Assembly (NCBI GenBank): GCA_000934665.2
Contig: KZ538666.1
Span: 1 to 55,086, forward strand
Direction: 5' to 3'
DNA length: 55,086 nucleotides
Source of the DNA: Catajapyx aquilonaris
Lineage: Eukaryota
Below are positions 11,801-23,800 of the stretch, piece after piece. Position numbers and translations under genes: made by a program. How positions within the stretch are numbered: position 1 is the stretch's first letter; every line of letters starts with the position of its first letter. Below the pieces are notes generated by a model. That model was not told the origin of the DNA. It did no database searches and worked only from the letters and a program-made list of their open reading frames with translations.

Positions 11801-14800
11801 TTACGGACTCAGACCTGTTCGATATCCAAATTTTTTTAAAAAATTGTGCGATGTTAGCCATTCATTTCCGGCCTGTAGAATTTGCGAGTGAAGAATTCAC
11901 TTTAAAAAAATGATCAAGTTCGAAAAACACTATTCCGCAAAAATTCACTTTAACTCAAATCGAGTTGAAAACTACTCGAAATAATTGTGAAAATAAGCTG
12001 GAGATTACTCTTACAGTGTGTGAAATTGTCACTCAAAATAAGTGATACTTTTTCACTCGAGTGACACTCAAAACGAATGGGAGTCAAATCAAGCTGAATG
12101 AGTGAAAAATCACTCGACCCCATTTTTATATATTGAGTATAGTAGACTAACAACTGCGATATCAAAATCAGGTGCATAATTAGCATCGTACGATTAGGAA
12201 ATTTTAATTATTCGTCACATGTTTTCATCCATTTTTCTGACACCGGATATTTAATAAAACGGATGACAATAGACGTCTAGACCGCATCGATTGTATTATC
12301 CATATTCAATATTAGGTTTCGATCAAGACTCTTCAGACCCGGAAAAGGAACACCGGAGACAGTGACTTGCCCTTTAATTGTTCGCATCTAAATTGATGAC
12401 ACTTGGGTTTACGATTCTGCTATTTAATATATTTCCTCTTTAAATTTTTTTGGGGAGGCCAAATGCCTATCGTACGTTTTTAGTGACCCATTCGAGTCGC
12501 GAGTACAAACCGGAACAGTTGAATTATTATCTCACGATCAACCTTGTGTGCAGAATGGAAAAATGTAGGCCAACTTCAAACATTAACCTTGCGGTTTTAT
12601 TGATACGAGGCCTACAGCACACGTACGTTTTACAAGCTTTTTTTTAAACCGTGGGGAGGGGAGGGTAGGGGGGGGGTGAAAACAAGTACATTTCCGAGAA
12701 ACAAACTGACTTGCCCCTGGTATTGCGTGTACGGGTGAAAAATATTGCCTTACTACATATCATGCTGTGATTTTTTTTTCTCTCTCTCTCATGTTTTTTT
12801 TCTCTTTTCGCTTTTCCTGACCGCTAGAACTGGTCGATTGTGTGTTGCGGACTCTTGCATTGTCCAAATTTGGTCCAAATTCGCACGTTTCCGGCTTTCG
12901 GTATTTGAGCAGGGCACGAAATTGATTGATTAGATCTAGCTTGTCAGTAATGTGCCGCTAAACTCTTGTACTGCAACTTCTGACCTTTAACCCTCTGTTT
13001 TTTTTATATACCTGCGGGGGGATATATACAGGCCCGTGGTTATTGTTTTAAGTGGGTTTTTTTTGTTCGTTGACGTTATTGCGGAAAAATGGCCTGATTT
13101 TCTTTTCAAGGTGAGTCGCAGCGGGCTTTTATGCGGACATTCGGACTTTTCCGTGTTTATCACGTGAACTGTGATATCTCACGATCGTACGGAAACTGGC
13201 TGTAAAATAAACGTCGCTATACAGCTCTATAGATTCTCAAAGATTCAAAGTAACATTGTTACTAAGCAAGTTATACTGACAAAGACATCGAATACGATAT
13301 GTAAAGGTCAGTAAGTAATAGCAACTTGGCTTGTTAAAATTAATGAACTTAAAATTATTTCATGGCCGGATTCAGCAAAATGGAGGTACATACACGTAAA
13401 TGAATTAAACTGAAAATTAAATTAGGTATAGAAAAAAGTGTCCTACTTAATGTCAATCCTGCACAAAATAAAAGCACAGTCTGTGTATTTTGAATTCAGA
13501 CAATCTACCTTGGGGACATTCTCCTGAAGTTACTTCGAGTGTAAAGTTTATTGATTAGCCGCCAGGCAGAGCACACAAGATATCAGAAGGGGAGAAAACG
13601 ATAGGTATTTTTTTTTTCAAAAAAAAAGAAGGCAGATATGAGCGCATGGATGAATCTTGTAAAAGTTTTTGGCAGCTCGGTGCTAATCGCTAAAATGTGC
13701 CCTTCGCTGCCTTTTACTGCACGGATGAATGAAAAGCACCCTTTGCAATCCTCTGATTTTGAACACCTCCCGACTTGGAAAGCAGTTTTTTTTTTTTGCA
13801 GAGCAGCATCATGCCAATCATTTTTTGGGGGGGGGTGAAATTTGCAGGAAGCAGATAATTTCGCAGCATTTCTGTGGCGCGCAAAAGAGGGAAAGATTTG
13901 AATGAAAAAGTCATTGGCAATTTGTTGATGTGTTTTTTTTGCAAATGAACTTTATGTGTAACAGACGATATGTAATAATTATGAGACATTTTCTCTTACA
14001 AATTGGACTCCAACTTCCAAGCCTGGATTTGTGTCGATATGAACTAACGAGCAAGTACCAAGCAAAATCTAGCTTCAATTTGCAGCCAAGGAAATCGACA
14101 TTTTGCTGTCTCTCGCAGCTTTATCGCTCTCTCTATTTTTTTTGAACTACGCAGAGGAGAGATGGATGACCAGCAGCTATCTCTTTTTTTTCTTCTATCC
14201 TTTCTATCCGTCTCTCTCTATACTCAAGCCAGTTAATTATTAGGTTCGCAATTGTCCCTTGGGGTCTCCCTCAGAACCAACGGTGCTTTTCTTCTCTCTC
14301 TCTGCTTCTGATGGAGCATTTTTACCCTTCGCCAAGTAAATTGGACCCCTGGGCTAGGTTACAACGAGTGGGAAGCTTTCGCGGGGAAAACTTTTATTAT
14401 TATTATATATCATAGGAGACTGCTGCTCCAGAATTTTATGATTATGGTATTGCTCGAGGATTAATGGCCCCCAGAGGTTTTTTTCAGCAGACTTGAAGCT
14501 ACTCCCATAGTGGTGACGAAGCACTTGATGCAAATAGACTCTTCCTGTACTTTGTCGATGTTTACTCACTTACGAATTTACTGGACTCCCTCTGCCGCAC
14601 TCTCGGGCATTCACTTACTCAGCGGAAAGACTTAATTTTTAGTGGCTTTTAGGAAGACTTGTGTGCCTCTCTGCCAGGTTCCCGATCGATCATGTTGGAA
14701 AAAGGGATGGGGGGCCAAAGAGAGTGCCAACATTCATCCCCNCCCCCCCCCCGAAAAAAGTTCGGCATTTTCGGTAGAGACCTGATGGGTTGAGCTGACT

Positions 14801-17800
14801 TCCGCGTACAGGGTGTGAATGGAACCAGAAACTGTGTCAAGAGACCATGTACTCCGGAAGTGTCGGTTTTGTCCTGCCTTGTACTGGGGAAATGTCGACG
14901 TTTGCTGTGGTGAACTGATGACGACCAGAGATTTATTGGAGCAGAAAATCCTATAGAATAGGTAGTGGCTTCTAATTTAAATTATGCTCAACAATTTCAG
15001 GAATGAAGTTAAATAAAATACGCCAATTGGACGGTGTTATGCAATAATATGTCAACCCACAAAAAATGTCAAAATTGAGTTAATAACAGGAACATTAATT
15101 TAGTTAAAATCAAGATGGCGAAATCTGCACACTTCTGCCATAAATGACCGAAAAGGACACTACATTCAAAGTCCTTTGTTATCAAACTGTGGGTTGACTC
15201 ATTATTGCATAACATCGTCCAATCAAGGTCTCCACTGGGTATTGGTTCACTTACTGTACCAGCTGGAGCTTGAGTCGAATCCAAGAGCGACTTCTCTCTC
15301 TGTGTGTGTGTTTCTCCCGATTCGGCAACCCAATGTTTCTGTAATGCAAATGACCTATACAGTCCCCCAACCTCCTCCTGGCAGACCCCCTCCGTGTTGT
15401 TTTCTTCAGCTTTTACAACTACCGAAAACCTTTGCTTGTCTTTGCAGAGTTGGGAAGCCCTGCCAGCGGACACGGCCACTTTCACGCCAGACATCACGCC
15501 TTTGATCTTGGCTGCTCACAGAGACAATTACGAGATCATTAAAATCCTTCTAGACCGCGGCGCCACGCTTCCCATGCCTCATGACGTCAGGTTAGTTCCA
15601 ACATTGTCTTAAACTTGTATATAGATTTGTCTCAAAAAAGTCCTATTGTTTTGACTATCGTACTTTGTTAATGATTATAGGGAAGAAAGAGTTGTACTAT
15701 GTTGTATCGGTGTGACATTGCATCGGTAGACACCAATGCATTTTTTTTTTGAAATGAACTCTGCGGTTTCACAACCCGTTGTTTTCGCAACACCGATAGT
15801 TGAGTGACAGTAACACATGCCAGATGCAAATTAGGACCCAGGCCGTGGCACGAATTAATGAAATGTGGGTGAAGAGGAGGGTGGTGGGGAGTAATGCAGG
15901 CCTTCCCATCCCCCAGCAGCATCCCCCGTGCGTCCTCTTCATGTGCCGTTATCCTCGGACAAGTGAAATGGATTTTGTCAGAACAGCGGTGTGCTGCTTG
16001 CCACTTGTCGCGCTGCCTGGGCTGGGAGGTCGCCTCCAGGGAAAAACCAGGCTCTCGTAATGGGAAAGTTTGAAGTCGCTCCCATGCCGCATTGTTGTCT
16101 CTTCATGAAGCATTCGGCCAGAACAAGTTCTTGCAGGTCACAGGAGCAGCGACCACACTATATCCAATGTTCTCTGCAAATCGCTGCACAGCACCCACAC
16201 ATCCATGGTTGCGTGCTCTGCTCTGCCAAGCTAAACCCAATGGAGCAATGATAAATCCCAGCCAGCCGACCCTGCTGCTGCTGTGCAACCATTGCTGTGC
16301 TCAGAACAAATGCGATTTAATTACAGTCAGGTCCGGAATTCATTTGCGGATAGGTCATCCACCACCAAGGTCACGATTCCTCCTAATCACCTGTCTGCAC
16401 GAATAAACAACTGTCAAGCACATCCGTACATTGGTGTGTTTTCCTGTTCACTCTACAATTTTAATTGCGATACATATTAGTTCACAGAATTTAATAGTCG
16501 GGTGTCAAATGTGACATGAATAGTGATCCAGCCGGATCCAATCTTGTTCCGAGTCTAATCTCGTTGTGTCTAAGTAGGTATCACAGGAGGTCTAATCAAT
16601 AGTGAGTAGATGGAAGGGTGCTTTTCATTGTTGGCGAGAGAGAGAGAGAAGCTTCTGCGGTTCACCCAGCCTCCTAAATAGACGCTGGGAGCTTCAATCA
16701 GCTGTCAGAGCCAGGCCTTTCCGCATATACTGGCCCTCCATTTTGGACAACCCCGCCCTTTTATGCACACAACATTGCGCCAGAATCTCGCAAAAACCGG
16801 AGTTGTGTAGTACTATACTAGAATGGATTACAGGCAGGATATGTGCCCGCGGATAAGACCGCGGATTAAACCCTCCAATCCCCCTAATCGTGTTATCGGC
16901 CTAGGTGTGCATCACATGCACAATTTGATGCGCTTAATCACGCCTGTCGCTGAATCCCGCTTTTCAAATAAAAAAATGCTAGATCCGAACCCTTGTTTCA
17001 CACTGAATGACTCCTATACAAAAAATTTTGCTTTAAATATTGGAACTGTAAAATTGTCCACAGCAATTTTTATCATTCGCATCTCTAGTTGCATGAGAGC
17101 GATGCACTTCCTCTAATGTTTCAGAATTAATGAGACACCTACTAGGGGAGAGAGACAGCATGTCTTGTGTACCTAGTACTTTAGGAAATTAACGTGGGTT
17201 TTCTCTCCCCTCCAGCAATGTTCCAAAAAAAGGATGGGGGGTGTCCCCCTACGAAAACTCTTGTCTCCATGGGAGAAACGACATATAGGCCCAGGAGAAA
17301 ACTTGCCCGTAATTTTTGTGACAAGACCATTCCGGGGGAGACATGATCTCATAAGTCGCGAGAGAAACACCCGCAGAAAATGCCTTTCCTCTGCTCTAGA
17401 CCCCCTTTTATGTTCCCCTTCTCGTGAAGGATGCACATGTCTAATAAATCATCGCTGATATTTTTTTTTCGAGTGGGGGGGAGAGCTCTTTTGTTGCTGT
17501 TATCGTCATTTTTGCAGGCGACAAGCCGATGCGTCTGACGGTGTTTTGAATATATTTGCTCCTGGTAATTTGCGGTAATGAAAATAAACAGCCCCGCTGG
17601 GGTATGCACAAATGAGGCTGCCATGGAAATTGACGCTGATTACTTGTTCTCATGGCTGAACAGATCCGAGCCCAAGCAGCGTGCAAAGTCATTGGGAAAG
17701 GATTTTGGCGAAAAAGTTTATGCATAAAATTTTGTCAACTGTCAATCGAGCAAACAGTGCAGGCCACTTTGTAGCTGATTCTCTTTGTGCAGGGTTCAGT

Positions 17801-20800
17801 TCAGTCTATCCTTTACTGCTTGCTGTGCTCTGGTCAAGGCTCTGGTACGATATGGATTTTTGTCAATTTCAACCAAACTGTCACGTTTAGCAAAAAAAAT
17901 AGCGTGTTGCAATTTCTAGAAGAACGCAACAAGTTATGACGCTTGGAAGCACCTGAATTGATTCATGTGTCCCAAGTGTACAGTTTTGTGAACATTTTTT
18001 TCCACACCTCTCGTTCCTTTGAAATGTCCACCACCCGCTGCTTTTCAAATCCTCGCCTGTCTGTCCCAATATTCCAGCCGTCCACACGTAAACGTCCTTT
18101 CTCACTGTCCAGTTATATTCTTCCGGATGATGCATGTTCCATCGTCCGTTTTATTGCTTGTCCTTTCTTCTTCTTCTTCTTCTTCTTCTTCTTCTTCTTC
18201 TTCTGTCAGATGCGGGTGCGACGATTGCGTGACATCTCGTATGGAGGACTCCCTGCGACATTCTAGGTCCCGAATCAACGCCTATCGCGCCCTGGCCAGT
18301 CCATCTCTCATCGCTCTTTCCAGCAAGGACCCCATCCTCACAGCCTTCGAACTCAGCTGGGAATTGAGAAGACTCAGTTTCCTCGAGCACGAATTCAAAA
18401 GCGAATATCAGGTCAGTTCAAGAATGGTCCACACTCTAAGAAATGTCCGGGTTAAATGTATTTATCCGGGAAAAAAGATCACTTTTGTCATGGTTATTTA
18501 ACCCGGACTTTTCTTAGTCATGGTTATTTAACCCGGACATTTCTTTGTCATGGTTATTTAACCCGGACATAAGAAATGTCCGGGTTAAACAACCATGACT
18601 AAGAAATGTCCGGGTTAAACAACCATGACTAAGAAAAGTCCGGGTTAAATAACCATGACTAAGAAAAGTCCGGGTTAAATAACCATGACTAAGAAAAGTC
18701 CGGGTTAAATAACCATGACAAAAGTGATATTTTTCCGGGATAAATACATTTAACCCGGACATTTCTTAGAGTGTATAAGATGAATTTCTGTATGAGCGCA
18801 ACCGAGTGCGCACCACAGTTCGCGCAGCATGCACGGTTGGAATTATCTATGACTTCGATTTGCACTTCTGCCGCAACAGAATTAATGCCCAACATTGTAC
18901 AGTGCCACTCTCAGGGTCGTGCTGTTTCGGTGTGTTTGCTGGACTGGAGCTTCAAACAAGGTGTTTACACATCCTTGGTGACGTGTGATGCGGATCGCCG
19001 ACATCCAAACCTGAAAGGGGGGAAAAGGGAGAACAAACGTGCTCCGACATCTTGTGTACTTTGCCGTCACTCAGAGAAGCACAGGAATGATTTTCTGGGC
19101 GCGAAAAGCCGGCGTTGTGGGTGTTGAGGGGCTGTGGTGTTGGCTTGGCATTACCAAACTGGATTTCTACTACTTTTCAACAATCCCAAGCGCGTATCTG
19201 GAGGGGGGGAAGCACCCGGAATATGTCGGGAAGTCGCCTTGATCCTGAGAGTTGAATACTGCAAAAGGCCACGGATGGAAACCCTCTCTTGCATGGAAAT
19301 GAAAAGGAGACGCTTGTAGCTATATACTTCAGCAGAGAGACATAGTTTGAATCGAGAGAAGATCGGGGGGGGGGGGGAGCTTAATGATGAGGAACTTGTT
19401 TCCGCCGCCTACAGTTACACTGAGCGGAAAACTTTCAGATACGAAAACGCTTTTCTCTTTGTGCAACCTTATTACGTGATTGGAGTTCGCAGCATCCCTA
19501 AAGGCTTGGACACTAGTGTCTTTCTCTAATCATTCACTAGGACTGGAACACCATTACATATCCGGTGGAAATGAGTCGTTATAATAAACTGGCGAGGATT
19601 TCAACCCGCTGCTTTAAGTTGGTTAATTTATGGCCCAGGGGGGGCAGACGGGAGCTGTTGTGTGGGGATATTGGAGGATGGAAGGCTCGCTGACAATCTC
19701 CTCTGAAATATTAATCCCCATTTATTTAACGCTTGTAAGCACTGGCATTTGTGACACCTTGAGTATACTGAATGTTCCTGTGCAGAATTGGGAACATCAC
19801 AGCAGGGTGGGTCAGTTAAAATGAGCAGAATTCGCTGGAATTATATAAACCACTCGGATAGTTGCAGTCTCAGAAGCCTCCAAGTGTCCACCAGTTTCTC
19901 AGACAGTCTCATCTTGTCTAGCAATATTGCGTTCCTTCGCGCAACAATGAACATTAGTGGAATTTGCCTGATCAACATTCCCGTATCGTCGCAAATGGCT
20001 GGTGTTGAGCCAAACGAGCGTTCATCTCAACCAGAGGAAAGGAGGATGGGAGGGGTGTTTATTGTCAGAAGGAAGACATTGATGAATGAGGAATAGGCCA
20101 AGGAGGCGGGAGAATACTGGTAAAGGACAAAAAAAATAGAGAGAGAATGAGATGGAAGTTATTAGCCATTCAATTTGGGTTTCATGCTGAAAGAAAAAAT
20201 ATGCCCTTGGAATGAGCCGAGTAAACATTTTCACATGTATTTTTTTTAACACTCAAACCCAACGGATTGATTATCCCCGTCTCCTCGTGTCAGCCAGTCA
20301 TAATTTTTATTCTGGCAGGATTTCATATAAGTAATTGCGTTTTATTATGACAGTTATCTAGTGCGCTTTCCGACCGCTCTTTTGGGCCGGGATGCGGAGA
20401 ATCGGTTGATATATTTCAAGTGGATTTCGTCTCTGAATAATTAGAACTGGGAGAGCTCTTGACAATTACGTCGGATTTTCGGGGGCAATACAGGGCAATC
20501 AAAATCTGAGATTAATTTTCAGGCCCTGATGAATGCCCCTGCATGAAAACGATAGGCGCAGAAAGGACGTTTTATCCGACCCTCAATTCCCTCAACAGTC
20601 ACTTGAATTTAAGAGGTTTTTGGACTCATTGTTGAAGCTATGAAAAAAAAATGCAAAACGAAATAATTTTTTTTAGCCGGATTACCTGTTGGACCTAAAG
20701 TTCATTACGAATTGAAGTGACAAATATTAATTATTCACAGCTGTTTTCCACCTGCACATTTATTAAAACTGGCAATAAATTTGTAACAAATAAATGGAAG

Positions 20801-23800
20801 TGACAGCTATTAATTTTTCACAGCTGTTGTCCACCTGCATATTTATTTAAACCACTCGCATTCGCAAGAAGGCCGTACAATTACAATAGTTATGTTTTTG
20901 TGCAATCACTATATTCACCTCTGAATTTTTCATCAAGTGGACAGCAAATAAACCGATAGTTGGTCAGTTTTAAACCGCTGCGTTGCATTTGCTGGTGATA
21001 AAAGCCGATGAATTTAGCGAGTTCGCGCAACCAGCAACTTTAAAAAAAAAGTGTGTTGTTATGATTGTTTATCTCGGGCCTTTGGATTGAACGCATGAGT
21101 GATCAAAAATCCCTCCTGGAATCCGTTTGTGTTCAATGCGGGGATCGGTTACAAACCGATTGCGAATTTTCAAACTACTGCAATATTGAGAGTGGAGCTT
21201 GTCAGTCACGGGCGGATAACCTTGTCGCGTTTTAGGAAAATCGCTCTTTTTAAAAACAAAAAATTAATCGATTTTTTTTGCAGCGAACGTAAAATTGGGA
21301 AAGGGTTAAAAAGGCCAGTTCCTTTTTTTTCTTTTCGCGATATGACCGTTTCTATTCGGGCTGGGTGCGAATTGGGTTTAGTCCTCCGACTTAGAAATTG
21401 ATTCTTTGAGCGGAATTCTGGAGACGGGTAGGAATCCCTAGTGACACGTTGGGCCTTCCCGGTGACTCGGATTTCATCAAAATCTTTCCTCGAAAAGACA
21501 AGAACCTGAGAGCCTGGAATGGCGGGAAAAATAACAAAGTGAGACAGAAAATGGCGGTAGCAGAGATAGAGAAAGAGGAAGAGATGTCGTAGAGACACGA
21601 AGAAGAAGAAGATCGTATAGAAAAAATGGTAGTGCTGGTTCCTTCAGTTTTTTAAAGGGTATAGTCAGCTCCTTTTATAGTCGCTGCTGGAAAAGGTGAA
21701 GTCTATAGAAGGGAAAGAAGACGAAAATTTTCTGCGAACACGCAAAAAAAAATTACATTATCACTAACGTCAGCGTTCTTGTTCCGTTTGCTGAGACTAC
21801 TTTTCTGAATTCAGTCCTAACATTTTTTTTTGACAAACTTTCATGTAGTTGGCCAGAAAATCCGGCGGATATGATAGTCCGTGCACAGCATGCTATAACT
21901 CTGCATATCCTGCAGCGTGTAAACTGCCCCGGTTGCAACAGTGTATGTACCGCTTAATAATTAATTACACCTATCCGAAGTGTTGTACATGTAGCAGAAT
22001 CGTTATATGATTCATTTGAATCCTGCCCTCATCGCCTGCACCTCGAAATTCCAGGTTGTTACAGCCCCTACACCTAATCGATTATTGAGTGCACGAGGCC
22101 TCTGCTGTCACAGTTGGGGTGGTAGTTGATAGCAGCTGTGGATCACCCTGTATAAATGATGCAACACTAAAAAAAACCATCATGTGATGCCACTTTGAGT
22201 GATATTTTTAGCCGCATGACCACTGGAAATCAATTGAGCGGTATATAGTGAAGGTTGTCTGCCTTCTTCTGACGTGAGTTTGGCATCACTATGGAACACC
22301 CTGTACAAGGCTGGACAGATATAAAGCGGCCTATAAAGGGACCGGCCTTAAAAGAGAGAGAGAAAAAAGGTAGAATCTCTACTCTTTCGCCTATTGATCC
22401 TGGGATGGACCCAGCCAAGAGATAATGGTGTTGAGCGAAAAGGACTTGGAGAGAAAAAAAAGGAAGTGTGCTAAACTGGGTGGGCCTAGCTGGCTAGTTT
22501 TGGTGGTTCATGTAAGCCATCTGTCATGATCCTGGGGATACCCCCATTGGAGGGATGACGGTCTCTCTCCATCCTCATCAGATTAATGGCGAATTAGGCG
22601 GGAGATGTCCGAAGCAGTCAGTGGACCCAGTGAGAGATGGGCCCCCAACCCGTTTGTTCATGCTTTGTATTTCCTGCAGACCCGGTTTTCTATTTAAAAA
22701 TAAAAAAAATAAAGGCCAGGGGAATACAATGCATGAGGATAATACACTAGACACCTACATCAACTGGGCTTCTTTTGTATTCTAATTCAGTCTACAGGGT
22801 GGTTCATAGTTTAGTCCAAGTGTACGTTTATCCTAGAGCAAGTTGTGCAACAATTGAAAAGCTCGGGAGAAAAAAACATGTTTCTTTCAATCCCTTCAAA
22901 TGTTGCTCTACCTAATAAAATTTATTTACTGAAAAAAATGCTGAGTAAACATGCTCGTTTTCCCCATGGCTCTTGGACCGTGGACTTTGAGGAATGCATC
23001 GCCCTGTTTTTGACACCCCTGGGGTGTGCTGCTGGCACCAGAGAAAATGCGAAACACGCCCAGTCGTACAGTACATGTGTGAATTTAATACGCGTGCATG
23101 TGAGCATGCCCGGGGATGTACTCTACGTGACTGTAGATTAGAATGAATTTGTATGGACGTGGATGTGGAAGAGTGAATGGCCATGTGCATCTGAGCAGGT
23201 GTCAGGCTGGACTCATCAGTATAATTTTGTAATTAAACTGTAGGCATCATTCAAAGCAGGCACCTCATTTTTTTTTGTTTGGGGGGGGGGGAATACTGCG
23301 GTTCTACACTTTATGGCTGGTAGTATTTTACAGGCGTTTGGAACTGCGGTTGTAAAATAATGTTTGCTTTGAAGTGTCATCATCTCAAATTAATTTGTGG
23401 CAAGAGCCTATTGGATTTGAATGTGGTGTAAGTGGATCGTCATATTGTAGCCTACCATACAGAGTGACCCAATAGTACACACAGGTAATAATAAGCTGGT
23501 TGACAATTGGTTATTCTGGCAACCAACAATTGGCTATGTGTCCATACTTTTGGGTCACCCTGTACACATACTGTGATAAAACAAGACGCTAATAAAATGT
23601 CCTTTTTGATGAGCTCTATTGCTATTCTTCAAACAATTCATAGAGAGTGAATGCAAATCAAAACTTGCTGCATTCCAACTTTAATTCAATTAAACAAGAA
23701 GGAATTCTTAACAAAAGCAGTTTTGGGCTCCTTTTAATTCCCTCGGAGAGAAACTGTAATTTGGCCAATTTCCACAAGAGCACAGAATACCCAAACCTGT

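Noticed and set aside
18487..18720. 30-bp regularly repeated units resembling a CRISPR array
   Set aside because: Units are head-to-tail with no spacers, sit in a palindrome inside a eukaryotic intron, and no cas genes are present
21292..21310. piggyBac-like right end (AAAGGG-TTAA)
   Set aside because: No matching left TIR found nearby; motif too short
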